From a virus: a DNA stretch of 64,000 nucleotides. A program made the position numbers and the translations under genes. Under the pieces are notes generated by a model. That model was not told the DNA's origin. It worked only from the letters and a program-made list of their open reading frames with translations, and ran no database searches. Of this stretch, positions 1 through 8,392 are shown in pieces (position 1 is the stretch's first letter; each line of letters begins with the position of its first letter). The DNA lies in the IMG/VR virus record IMGVR_UViG_3300034782_000062, positions 64,001 to 128,000 of that record; one strand, 5' to 3'.

Positions 1-347
1 CCGCCTGGCATGACTCTGTTTTCTCCTCTGAAACATTGTTTTGTGGTATACGACTTTCGGCTTTGTGTGATTACTTCGTCTTCAGGACGATTAGCCCGAA
101 AGTACGTCTTGGGGATGGATATGTCAAGCTGATCTCTAAAAACTTAATACTTCCCTATGGGTGTGGTCATGTACGTGACTACCACCATCCGTGTACCACC
201 CCTGCAGCGGGTCGGGACCGGTGATCATCTCGGGCGATCTCAGGCCATTTTTTGGCCAGTGAGACGACCGAAACGGCCAGTGAAAGTGCCCGCTCGGGCC
301 GCGCCGAGCCCCCCATGAGCCGTTTCGAGACCCGTTCACTGCGCGTT

Positions 348-427
348 GGTCAGTGATTTTGGTCAGTGATCACTGAGCAAATTGGTTACTGAACCGCGAC
401 TGAGCAAAGGTCAGTGAGGGTCAGTGA
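348..427. repeat. Cluster of 4x GGTCAGTGA (348, 361, 409, 419) plus 2x ACTGAGCAAA (372, 399)
   Basis: Read directly from the sequence, in a non-coding stretch. Confidence 0.8.
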
Positions 428-753
428 CCGCTTCGCCAGGTTCGAGCCCGGTCCTGGGGACGGGCGCCGTGGGCTCCCGTGCGCTGACCGTGCGTTCTCC
501 CCCGGCTTCCCCAGGGTTCCCCCAGGGCTCCCCTACGGGGAGCCCTGGTGTGCCGTGGGCCAACCCGCGTGATTTCGAGCACTTAGGCGTCTGCGCCCTG
601 GGAGCTGACCGGGATAGGATGGCACGGGGCTTGCATTGGGCGCGGGCATCGGTGGGCGATTCCCGGCGATCGTGGTACACTCCCCGTGGCCGGGTGTGAT
701 ATGCCCCGTAGGTGCCCGTAATCATTGGCGAAAAAAAATATCAAAAAAAGGGG

Positions 754-781
754 TTGCAAACCGTTCAAACGGGCGTAGAAT
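754..781 (+). promoter_or_regulatory. Putative sigma70-type early promoter TTGCAA-16-TAGAAT with upstream A-tracts
   Basis: Near-consensus hexamers with an A-rich UP-like element at 731-749, upstream of the long + strand gene run. Confidence 0.55.
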
Positions 782-1324
782 CATCATACCCCCTCTCGTA
801 TGCGGGGGGGCGGGGGCCACGCCCCCAGGGTCATTGACAACCAAGCGGGCCACGGCGGAGCAAGCTAGGGCTCCCCTCGCCCGTCCCTCGCCCCTGGCAC
901 CGAGAGGTGCTAGCCCCCGTCTGCGCGGGGGTTTCCCACGGCTCCCGTCGTGGCCTGGTGGTTCCGCCACCAGAGGGGCGCGGAGACGTCCCCCTCGCGG
1001 GCGCGACGTTGCACACTACCTCAACCATCCCAACTAGCGCGCAGTCTGTCACAGTGGCGCTAGCGCTCCCTCAGTCATCCCCAGGATGATTGAAAGCGCT
1101 GGTCCGTATGGTCGGCGTAGCTTGCGCGTTGCGTCGTGTACTCTGGATTAGGGTGCACCGTTGCGCGATCTGGCTTAGTCCCTGACAGAACAACGTTAGC
1201 ATTGTCCCCTTCCCCCTGGGCACGCTCGAAAGGGCGTGCTCAGGTTTGGAGCCTCGAAGCGAAACAGCGTTTCGAGGTTGCAAACCTGAGCACACCGCTC
1301 AGTGCAGGACAGGAGGGACAAAGC

Positions 1325-1543
1325 ATGGCACATACCGTCAAACTGACTGTGAAGCCAATGGGTAAGATCGAAAGCAAGGTCGAGGGCATCAAAGGCCCAT
1401 CTTGCGGCGAGAAAACCCGCTGGCTTGATTCTCTTGGGCGCATCGTGGTGCATGAGGACACCGACGAGTATCACGAGCATTGCGAGACCGAAACCGAGAC
1501 CGAAACCGTCGCGGCGGGGTGGGGTGATTCAAGTGACTGGTGA
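1325..1543 (+). CDS. DUF2997-family small protein
   Basis: VKLTVKPMGKIESKVEGIKGPSC...LG...TDEY matches the DUF2997 pattern; SD AGGAGGG; lies next to DUF1257 and Ycf46-like genes. Confidence 0.75.
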   Translation: MAHTVKLTVKPMGKIESKVEGIKGPSCGEKTRWLDSLGRIVVHEDTDEYHEHCETETETETVAAGWGDSSDW

Positions 1544-1622
1544 AAAAGATCGTCCCCAGGACGAAGGACAAGGTCTCGCCTTTGGCGCACCAGTCGAGTC
1601 GAACGGCACGACACAAGCCAGC

Positions 1623-1739
1623 ATGACCGCTCATATCGTGATCATGCCTGGTGGCGTCATGCTGATTGACGAAGCGCTCAACCTCGACATTGGAAAGCCC
1701 GTTAGCGGGCCGATCCACTGCAACAACGGAAGGGATTAG
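1623..1739 (+). CDS. Possible very small hypothetical protein (38 aa; may start at GTG 1533)
   Basis: Fills the gap between DUF2997 and DUF1257; weak RBS. Confidence 0.3.
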   Translation: MTAHIVIMPGGVMLIDEALNLDIGKPVSGPIHCNNGRD

Positions 1740-1742
1740 GTC

Positions 1743-2255
1743 ATGAGCAAGTTTCGCGTTCACAAGTCTGTCGTGCAGTCAACCGACGCTATCATCGAGG
1801 CGTTGATTGACCGCATTGTTCAATTCAACTGTCGCCACGTCCCCGCTGACAAGCTCGAAGAGGAGATCGCCAAGTGGACCGAAAAGGCAACCAAGCTCGT
1901 TGCCGAAAAGGTCCAGGTCTGCCTCGATGAGCCGGTCAACCTCTACGGATACCAGGGCGACCGTCGCGACGAGGTTGCTCACGTTCGCATCCCCGCAGAC
2001 GTGGTCAACAAACATCTCGGCGGGGGGCTGTCGAATGACGCCGGTTTTCGCAAGAGTGCCGACGGTTTCGAGGCGATCATCAGCGATTACGACAAGGGCA
2101 AGTGGTGGAACAACCAAGAGGGTCGTTTCTGGCAGGTCGCCGCTGCGAAAGAGGCCGAAGATCTCGCATGGCTCCAACCCAACGTGATCGGCGTCGAGCG
2201 CGTAGAGAATGAAGAGACGGGCTTTATTGAGATTCTCTGCACCGTTCAAGACTAG
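1743..2255 (+). CDS. DUF1257 (Ycf35-like) protein
   Basis: EPVNLYGYQGDRR...SNDAGFRKSADGFEAIISDYD is the characteristic DUF1257 core. Confidence 0.8.
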   Translation: MSKFRVHKSVVQSTDAIIEALIDRIVQFNCRHVPADKLEEEIAKWTEKATKLVAEKVQVCLDEPVNLYGYQGDRRDEVAHVRIPADVVNKHLGGGLSNDAGFRKSADGFEAIISDYDKGKWWNNQEGRFWQVAAAKEAEDLAWLQPNVIGVERVENEETGFIEILCTVQD

Positions 2256-2371
2256 CCTATTGCTTCACAATCAAATCGTCATGAGTCGCCGCAAGGCGGC
2301 TCAACAGTGCGTCAAAGTCTGCACGATTTTGGCGTACTGTTGAGTCACTTTCTGGCTCAAATGGAGGGACA

Positions 2372-4078
2372 ATGGCAGCTAACAAAAAGAATGGTAAGAA
2401 CATGCTTGCGCGTGTGCAGACCATCATCTCGGCGCGGGTTCCCGTGATCTGGTTTCTCACCGGTGAGGAGCAACGAGCCGAAAGTGGACTGGCAAATCTC
2501 GCGAAAAACATGGACTTCAAGGGGCACAAGGGAATCTGCGCTATCTGGTCTCTGACCAGTGGCCTGGACGGCAAGCCTGGTTGGACGCACGCTGATGGTT
2601 GGCTCGAAGAGCGAATCAACGGCAAGGCAGTCAACACGCCGATCCCCGACAATTTCGCTCCAAACGCTCAAATGGCTTCGAGCCCTCACGGGGCGATTCT
2701 CCAGGCTAAGAAATTTGCCCTGGAGAACAAAACGCAACCCATGATCCTCGTGGTCAGGGACGCTCACATGTTCATGGGTTCCGACCCGTGGCGGCGAGCG
2801 TTGAAGGACTGCGCCCGTGAGTTGCGCAACACGCTCACCACGGTTGTCCTGGTCTCGGTCTCCGACCAGATCAAGGATGACTTGCGGCGACACATTGCGC
2901 TGGTCAAGCCGGGATTGCCGAGTGTCGAGGTGTTGACTTCAAACGCCAAAAACGCTCTTGCAAAGCTCGGTGCAAAAGGCGTTCACCCCCGCGACTGTGC
3001 TCTCGCTTTACGAGGGTTAGGCGTGGGTCAAGCGACCGACTTGATCAAGCTCGACTTTGTCGAGCATGGCGACGTCGATCCAGAGCGTCTTAGTCGACTG
3101 AAGGCCGAAGAGCTTGCATCGGTCCACGGTGTGAGCTTCGAGGGTGAGGCCCATCAAATGGGCCAGGTCGGCGGGCTCGACCACTACAAGCGATGGCTCA
3201 ACAAGCGAACCCACGCCTTCACTCAAGCGGCGAGGGAGCGCGGTATCGATGAGCCCAAGGGTTGCGTTTTCGTCGGTGTGCCAGGGGGTGGAAAGACCCT
3301 CACGGCACGCGCCACGGCGGCAACGCTCAAACAGCCCTTGATCGTTCTCAACCTCAGCGAGTGTGAGGGCGGAATCGTTGGCGAGACTGCGACCAGAATG
3401 GCCGAAGCCTTGCGGACGGTCGATGCACTCGCCCCCTGCACCGTGCTGATCGATGAAATCGAGAAAGCGCTTGGCAGTGGCGGCGAGAATGACGGCGGGA
3501 GCAAGCGAACGCTGGTCCGCTTGCTCTTGATATGGCTCCAGGAGCGTCAATCTCAGGTGTTCACCTGCATCACCTCGAACGATATCAGCGGGCTCCCGCC
3601 CGAGCTGACTCGCAAGGGGCGCGTGGACGAAATCTGGTTTGTCGATCTGCCCAACCAGGCCGACCGCGAAACCATCCTCAACATTCACCTCAACAAGCGG
3701 AGTGAGCGCAAGCTCCCCGCGAAGTCGGTCAAGTCGATCGCTGGCAAGCTCGCCGGTTTCACGGGCAGTGAAATCGAGGAGTCGGTCAAAGAGGCAATCT
3801 TGACTGCGTGGGCTCGATACTGTGAGGGCGAGTCGAAAGACGACACTGTCACAACCGACGACGTCGTCGAGGCGGCGAAAGACATCGTTCCCATGAGCGT
3901 CACCTATGAGGCCAAGCTCGCCGCTCTTCGGGACTGGGCCAAGGGGCGCGCACGCCGCGCCAGCGACCCGGACCCCGATCAGGTCGAGAGCACGCCTGTT
4001 CGTCCCCAGGACGAAGGCGAAGCCCCCGCGCCCGGTACACCGATTTTCAATCGTGAAGCCCTGACCGACCCCTGGTGA
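2372..4078 (+). CDS. Ycf46-like AAA+ ATPase
   Basis: Walker A GVPGGGKT, Walker B VLIDEIEK, SND...LPPELTRKGRVDEIWFVDLP sensor and Arg-finger region, degenerate N-terminal AAA domain. Confidence 0.9.
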   Translation: MAANKKNGKNMLARVQTIISARVPVIWFLTGEEQRAESGLANLAKNMDFKGHKGICAIWSLTSGLDGKPGWTHADGWLEERINGKAVNTPIPDNFAPNAQMASSPHGAILQAKKFALENKTQPMILVVRDAHMFMGSDPWRRALKDCARELRNTLTTVVLVSVSDQIKDDLRRHIALVKPGLPSVEVLTSNAKNALAKLGAKGVHPRDCALALRGLGVGQATDLIKLDFVEHGDVDPERLSRLKAEELASVHGVSFEGEAHQMGQVGGLDHYKRWLNKRTHAFTQAARERGIDEPKGCVFVGVPGGGKTLTARATAATLKQPLIVLNLSECEGGIVGETATRMAEALRTVDALAPCTVLIDEIEKALGSGGENDGGSKRTLVRLLLIWLQERQSQVFTCITSNDISGLPPELTRKGRVDEIWFVDLPNQADRETILNIHLNKRSERKLPAKSVKSIAGKLAGFTGSEIEESVKEAILTAWARYCEGESKDDTVTTDDVVEAAKDIVPMSVTYEAKLAALRDWAKGRARRASDPDPDQVESTPVRPQDEGEAPAPGTPIFNREALTDPW

Positions 4079-4136
4079 GACCGCGCAAGCGTCTTCATTC
4101 TACAACGCATCGATCGTCCCCAGGACGGTCGATCCT

Positions 4137-4203
4137 CTCCGGCAAATGTGGTTCAATCGTCCCCAGGATGATTGAGCGGGTTCGACCCCCGCGTCGGAGA
4201 CCG
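4137..4203 (+). ncRNA. tRNA-like element 1 (D-stem-less, tmRNA-TLD-like fold), ends A-CCG
   Basis: Acceptor CTCCGGC/GTCGGAG; 9-nt linker containing GG; 10-bp helix TCAATCGTCC-CCA-GGATGATTGA; T-arm GCGGG-TTCGACC-CCCGC. Confidence 0.7.
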
Positions 4204-4247
4204 GGAAACAACAGCCGGCAATGTATCAAGCCGGCAGGAGGGACAAC

Positions 4248-5261
4248 ATGGCTAACGAGACAAACGGAACCGAGACCACCGAGGAGACCACCGAGGAGAC
4301 CACCGAGAGCACCCCCGAGATCGTTCATGTGATCGATCCCGAGTCTCTCGTCATCAAGTCGATTCTCCCCGGCATTCTCGTCAACCTGACCTGTCATATG
4401 CGGGGTGGGCGCGAGACGAAACGGGAGGACATCAAGGTCCGCAAGGGCAAGGGTGGTAAGAAAACCGAGACCTGGAAAGCAGTCCGCGTCATTTACGACG
4501 AGGACGAGCTAAAGCGGGCAGACAAAGAGCGGGCCAAGGTGCATCGTGACGTCAAAAAGCTCGGCTGCGAAACCGCCGTGGGGCTGATCGTCGCGGCACA
4601 CCGCAAGCAAGAGCTTGCGCAGACCCTCTCCGCTTGCCACAACCGGGTCAAGGCGTTCAACAAGACCGCTCAAACCATGGACCTCGTCTTTCGCTATGGT
4701 CTGTACAGTGTCGAGGGCAACAACAGCGGCACTATCGCGGCTGTCACCGAGCAGCTCGGCGACATCTTGGAGCGCGTCAATGGCGCAGTCCAGGCCGACG
4801 AGCAAGCGATCTTGGAGAACGCCCGCGCCAACCAGCTCGGCGACTTCAAGACCGCGAAAGAGGTCATGAAGGCCCCCCGCGAGCAGCGGATCGCCATCAT
4901 CGCCAAGATTCGGGCGGACCTCGCCCGCAAGGCGATCGCCGAAGCCAAGTCATTCTCCACTCTGCTCCCCGAAGAGGCCGGGCTCGCCGTGACCGACATG
5001 GTCGCTTCGATCCGCAAGTCGGCGACGGCTTGGGTCAAGGCGAGCAAGGAATCCGACGAAGAGTATGAGGCCGCGCTCAACACCGTGGACTCCGACATGA
5101 TCAGCGATATGCAGGCCGCGCTCGTCCAGGCGGCGGCACTCGCGGACCAGTCCGCCGAAGCCGAAACCGAAGCGATCGCCGACCAGGGCGACCTCTTCGG
5201 CGACGGCGAGGTGGAGGAGGAGATCGCGGGCGACGGCGACGACATGGTCGGCGCGATCTAG
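4248..5261 (+). CDS. Hypothetical helical protein, DUF3150-like
   Basis: SD AGGAGGG. The LVNLTCHMRGG...VIYDEDELKR...LGCETAVGLIV...ELAQ pattern resembles DUF3150 by eye only. Confidence 0.6.
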   Translation: MANETNGTETTEETTEETTESTPEIVHVIDPESLVIKSILPGILVNLTCHMRGGRETKREDIKVRKGKGGKKTETWKAVRVIYDEDELKRADKERAKVHRDVKKLGCETAVGLIVAAHRKQELAQTLSACHNRVKAFNKTAQTMDLVFRYGLYSVEGNNSGTIAAVTEQLGDILERVNGAVQADEQAILENARANQLGDFKTAKEVMKAPREQRIAIIAKIRADLARKAIAEAKSFSTLLPEEAGLAVTDMVASIRKSATAWVKASKESDEEYEAALNTVDSDMISDMQAALVQAAALADQSAEAETEAIADQGDLFGDGEVEEEIAGDGDDMVGAI

Positions 5262-5326
5262 CTCGGTTCCGAAACATCGTTACCAACCCGAAACCGGCTC
5301 AATCGTCCCCAGGACGGTCGAGCCGC

Positions 5327-5394
5327 GCACGGCAAAGCAAGGATCGAACGTCCCCAGGACGGTCGAGCGGGTTCGACTCCCGCGCCGTGCCCCA
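5327..5394 (+). ncRNA. tRNA-like element 2 (D-stem-less, tmRNA-TLD-like fold), ends C-CCA
   Basis: Perfect acceptor GCACGGC/GCCGTGC; linker AAAGCAAGGA; helix TCGAACGTCC-CCA-GGACGGTCGA; perfect T-arm GCGGG-TTCGACT-CCCGC; encoded CCA. Confidence 0.8.
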
Positions 5395-5425
5395 AATCAT
5401 CCCCAGGACGAAGCGAACGGGACGC

Positions 5426-5465
5426 AAAAAGCGCGAGGCTGGCTCGACCGGCCCGCGCTTTTTTT
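5426..5465 (+). terminator. Intrinsic terminator, possibly bidirectional
   Basis: AAAAA-GCGCG(A)GGCTGG-CTCGA-CCGGCC-CGCGC-TTTTTTT. Confidence 0.75.
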
Positions 5466-5638
5466 GCCGCTTCACTGAGCATTTCGAGGCGCGGTCTGCG
5501 CCTCACTAGCCTTTTTTTGCGATTCACTAACCATTTCGTTTCTCGGTGGCCCGATTGGGCTCCTCGGCTTGGGACCGTCCCTCCCTCACGGTTGGGGGGT
5601 CCAATCGAGTCACTGAGCAGCGAGAGAGGAGGGACAAC

Positions 5639-6322
5639 ATGATCGAGGTAAAGTGCCCGAAGTGCCGCGAGCGGCTAGCAGGTTATTTGGTGCCATTTGA
5701 AAAGGCATTAGCTTGCCGCTACTGGAACAAGGAAGAGAACGAGGGGGCTGTCATCCTCGCCAAAGGGACGACGATCAAGCTCGTCAAGCCCTGGCGACAG
5801 CAGAAGCGCGATGTGTTCGGCAAGAAGCAAAAGCGGGCTGCCCGCTGGCTCGCCAAGCACGACATCAGAATCGCCACTACGCACCACTACCGCAACGACT
5901 ACTGTGTCGCCGTCAACAACCACGACAACAACTCAGCCGATTCGGCGTGCCTCTGCGACATCCCCGAAGACGTTTACGAGCTTGGCGGACCCGGAGCCCA
6001 GGCTCACATCGACGAGGACCGCGTGCCGCTCCTCGAAATCCATCTGGAGGAGGAGAAAAAGGCCCGCGAGAAGGCTGAGGCTGAAGCCGAGGATCTGGCG
6101 ATCGCTCGTCGCATCGACAAGCAGCTCGCCCGCTTCGAGAAGCTCGGCATCAAGGCTCGCCGCTCGACTGGATTCCCCGGTATGCGTACCCGTTCGATCA
6201 GCATGGACCCCGACGAGATCGAGCGGGTCCTACTAACGCTGGAGCGCTACGTCGAGATGATGAACGAGAAGAAGGCGGCAGAGGCCGAGGGCGAGGCCGA
6301 AGCAGACACGACGACTCACTGA
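5639..6322 (+). CDS. Hypothetical protein with N-terminal CxxC
   Basis: SD AGGAGGGACAAC-ATG; 227-aa ORF. Confidence 0.8.
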   Translation: MIEVKCPKCRERLAGYLVPFEKALACRYWNKEENEGAVILAKGTTIKLVKPWRQQKRDVFGKKQKRAARWLAKHDIRIATTHHYRNDYCVAVNNHDNNSADSACLCDIPEDVYELGGPGAQAHIDEDRVPLLEIHLEEEKKAREKAEAEAEDLAIARRIDKQLARFEKLGIKARRSTGFPGMRTRSISMDPDEIERVLLTLERYVEMMNEKKAAEAEGEAEADTTTH

Positions 6323-6325
6323 GTA

Positions 6326-6391
6326 TTCCAGTTCGTTCCAGTGCCGTTCCAAAACTTTCCCGTCGGGGTGTGAAAGTCCCGACGGGAACCA
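6326..6391 (+). ncRNA. Four phased TTCC boxes followed by a minihelix-ACCA (6358-6391), copy A
   Basis: TTCC at 6326, 6336, 6347, 6357; 12-bp stem TCCCGTCGGGGT/GTCCCGACGGGA (2 G-U pairs); loop GTGAAA; then A-CCA. Confidence 0.7.
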
Positions 6392-6432
6392 ACAGAGCGT
6401 CCCCAGGATGGACGTAAAACAGGAGGGACAAC

Positions 6433-6798
6433 ATGTCTGAGCAAACCGAAGCACAGGGCAAGCCCATCGCCGCCACCTACGAGGGAATGCTCCAACTCGC
6501 CCTCGCTGGACGACGTGGGAGCTTAATGAAGGCTGCGCCGCTCCCCAAGCCCGAGGAGTGCACCGAAGAGGACATCCCTGTTCTTTGCAAGAACATCGAG
6601 TCACTGAACACTTTTATCGGCGAGCTGATCGACCTCGTCGGCGAGAAGGAGCGCAAGCTCAACCTCGCCTTGGAGGCCCACGCCATTCGCACCGAGGGGC
6701 TCGACGACATGCTCGAAACGCTCGACTCGATGCGCGCCCAGATCATCAGCGTGCGCGACGAGAGCGGCGAGCTACTCGAAGAGATGGACGCAGACTGA
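6433..6798 (+). CDS. Hypothetical coiled-coil protein
   Basis: SD AGGAGGG; heptad-like acidic C-terminal half. Confidence 0.8.
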   Translation: MSEQTEAQGKPIAATYEGMLQLALAGRRGSLMKAAPLPKPEECTEEDIPVLCKNIESLNTFIGELIDLVGEKERKLNLALEAHAIRTEGLDDMLETLDSMRAQIISVRDESGELLEEMDAD

Positions 6799-6816
6799 CC
6801 ATCCCCAGGACGAATA

Positions 6817-6883
6817 TTCCAATCTGTTCCGGCGACATTCCAAACCATTCCCGGCAGGGTGTGAGAAGCCCTGGCGGGGACCA
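6817..6883 (+). ncRNA. Four phased TTCC boxes followed by a minihelix-ACCA (6849-6883), copy B
   Basis: TTCC at 6817, 6827, 6838, 6848 (same 10/11/10 spacing as copy A); 12-position stem with one G-G mismatch; loop GTGAGAA; then A-CCA. Confidence 0.7.
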
Positions 6884-6925
6884 CTAAACAACATGCGTCC
6901 CCAGGACGCAGAGAGGAGGGACACC

Positions 6926-7171
6926 ATGAGATGTATGTGCGGAGGCTGCCACGACTGCCTGGCAGCACAAGGCGGATACGACATTCCCGAGGAGTGCCCA
7001 GTATGCGGAAAGCCCAACGCTGACGAGGATGGCGAGCCTGTGTATCCCCAGGACTCGGCATTCTGCTCGGAGCACTGCGCCAACGAGTACGCCGCTGACC
7101 AGCGCTTCCACGACCACAACCTCTACCTCGATTATGTCGAGACTGAGCGGCTCATCGAGGAGACGTCATGA
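6926..7171 (+). CDS. Small Cys-rich, probably Zn-binding hypothetical protein
   Basis: CxC-CxxC, CPVC and CSEHC motifs; SD AGGAGGG. Confidence 0.75.
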   Translation: MRCMCGGCHDCLAAQGGYDIPEECPVCGKPNADEDGEPVYPQDSAFCSEHCANEYAADQRFHDHNLYLDYVETERLIEETS

Positions 7172-7581
7172 CTATCAAAGGACTAATCGACGACATCAAA
7201 GAGGCGAAGGAGTGCGTGCATGATGTCGGAGCGACTCCAGTTGCCGACATCATCACGACTTGCGATCAGGCCGACATGTGTCTTCAGGACGCTCTGATCA
7301 GACTCGAATCCCTGGACGGTGTGCCAACACGGCGGTTTGATGACTGGCTTCTCATCATCAACGAATCATACTCAGACTACGACGTCGAGGATCACGCAGC
7401 GTTCACACTGGCACAGTTCCTCGACGTTCTCATTAACCACTTCTCCATCCCACCGCCCTCGGAACAACCCGACTCTCCTCCCTACTACGAATGCCCATCG
7501 TGCGAGTTTCGCGATCGCGCACAGCCCGCTCGGTGTCCGTGCTGCGGTACTCCAGGTGATTCATTCGAGTTCGAGGAGTGA
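7168..7581 (+). CDS. Hypothetical protein with C-terminal Zn ribbon
   Basis: CPSC...CPCCG; ATGA overlap with the upstream stop. Confidence 0.75.
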   Translation: MTIKGLIDDIKEAKECVHDVGATPVADIITTCDQADMCLQDALIRLESLDGVPTRRFDDWLLIINESYSDYDVEDHAAFTLAQFLDVLINHFSIPPPSEQPDSPPYYECPSCEFRDRAQPARCPCCGTPGDSFEFEE

Positions 7582-7589
7582 GTGACTTT

Positions 7590-7627
7590 CTCTCGCCGCT
7601 GGCCTTGGAGCTGGCAGCGAGGGACCA
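7590..7627 (+). ncRNA. Hairpin ending A-CCA (38 nt)
   Basis: CTCTCGC.GCTGGC paired with GCTGGC.GCGAGGG (13 of 14 positions), then ACCA; followed by the palindrome and an SD. Confidence 0.55.
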
Positions 7628-7658
7628 GCGGCGTCCCCAGGACGCGAGGAGGGATAAA

Positions 7659-8036
7659 ATGCTTTTTCCAAGAAGACGACGAGTCGTGACGGACATCAAG
7701 TCCGTCTCTCTGGAGGCTGGCGCCAAGCAACTCGCTCGCAAGCTCACCGAGATGACGTGGTGCGGCTGTAATGGGTTTCGTCTTGGGGATTATCTCTTCC
7801 TCAATGACTCGACGAGCCCGGACGGAGCCCAGGAGTACGCTGTCGTTCACGAGCCGAGCATGCTTCAGTGCGAGAGCATCACGTTTAGTTGGTGCAGCCG
7901 CGCCAAAGCACTCGAATACATCCTCAAGACGATTCGCGGCGAGTTCAAGCCGTGGCGCGAGCCCACCCTGCCCAAGCCTGGCCAGCTCATCATCCAGACC
8001 CAGGACGAACACGGGACCTGCGTTCACTGCGCATAG
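7659..8036 (+). CDS. Hypothetical phage protein
   Basis: SD AGGAGGG before ATG 7659, preferred over GTG 7578. Confidence 0.75.
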   Translation: MLFPRRRRVVTDIKSVSLEAGAKQLARKLTEMTWCGCNGFRLGDYLFLNDSTSPDGAQEYAVVHEPSMLQCESITFSWCSRAKALEYILKTIRGEFKPWREPTLPKPGQLIIQTQDEHGTCVHCA

Positions 8037-8045
8037 GAGGCTCAA

Positions 8046-8363
8046 GTGAGACAAGCAAAACGAAACCTCATGGGCAGGCAAGAATGCGCGACCTGTGAGC
8101 AGGTCATCGAACCCCGTCAAGGCGAGGAATACCACGGCGCCTGCAAATGCTCCACTTGGCACTACTACGAAGAGGGCGGCTGGTATCATCTGGAATTTAT
8201 GGCGCACGTTTCGCGCCTTCGCGAGCGAGCCGAAAGCCATATCAGCCGCAGGACCACCACCGTTTTCGATGTTTGCTCAGAGCACGGGCAGATGCTCGAC
8301 AACGTCCAACACATGGAATGGCTCGTCCTCGCCGTCATGGACGAGCTGGAAGAGTGGAGATAA
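8046..8363 (+). CDS. Hypothetical protein (Cys motifs)
   Basis: SD AGGAGG, GTG start. Confidence 0.7.
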   Translation: MRQAKRNLMGRQECATCEQVIEPRQGEEYHGACKCSTWHYYEEGGWYHLEFMAHVSRLRERAESHISRRTTTVFDVCSEHGQMLDNVQHMEWLVLAVMDELEEWR

Positions 8364-8392
8364 TCGTCCCCAGGACGAAGAAAGGAGATGAT

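Noticed and set aside
430-470. CCAGG-TTCGAGC-CCGGT, resembling a T-arm
   Set aside because: Only 3 of 5 stem pairs and no acceptor stem or CCA.
36-1295. Multiple overlapping 60-133 aa ORFs in the first 1.3 kb
   Set aside because: No SD sequences, low-complexity P/R/G translations, overlapping on both strands; treated as non-coding.
4272-4310. 12-bp tandem repeat encoding ETTE x3
   Set aside because: Low-complexity coding repeat in a disordered N-terminus; no sign of a separate function.
4137-5394. Calling the tRNA-like elements tRNA-Trp because of the CCA triplet at the helix tip
   Set aside because: No D arm, the 7-nt loop would be CC-CCA-GG without U33 and is self-complementary, and the same CCA-centred palindrome occurs genome-wide.
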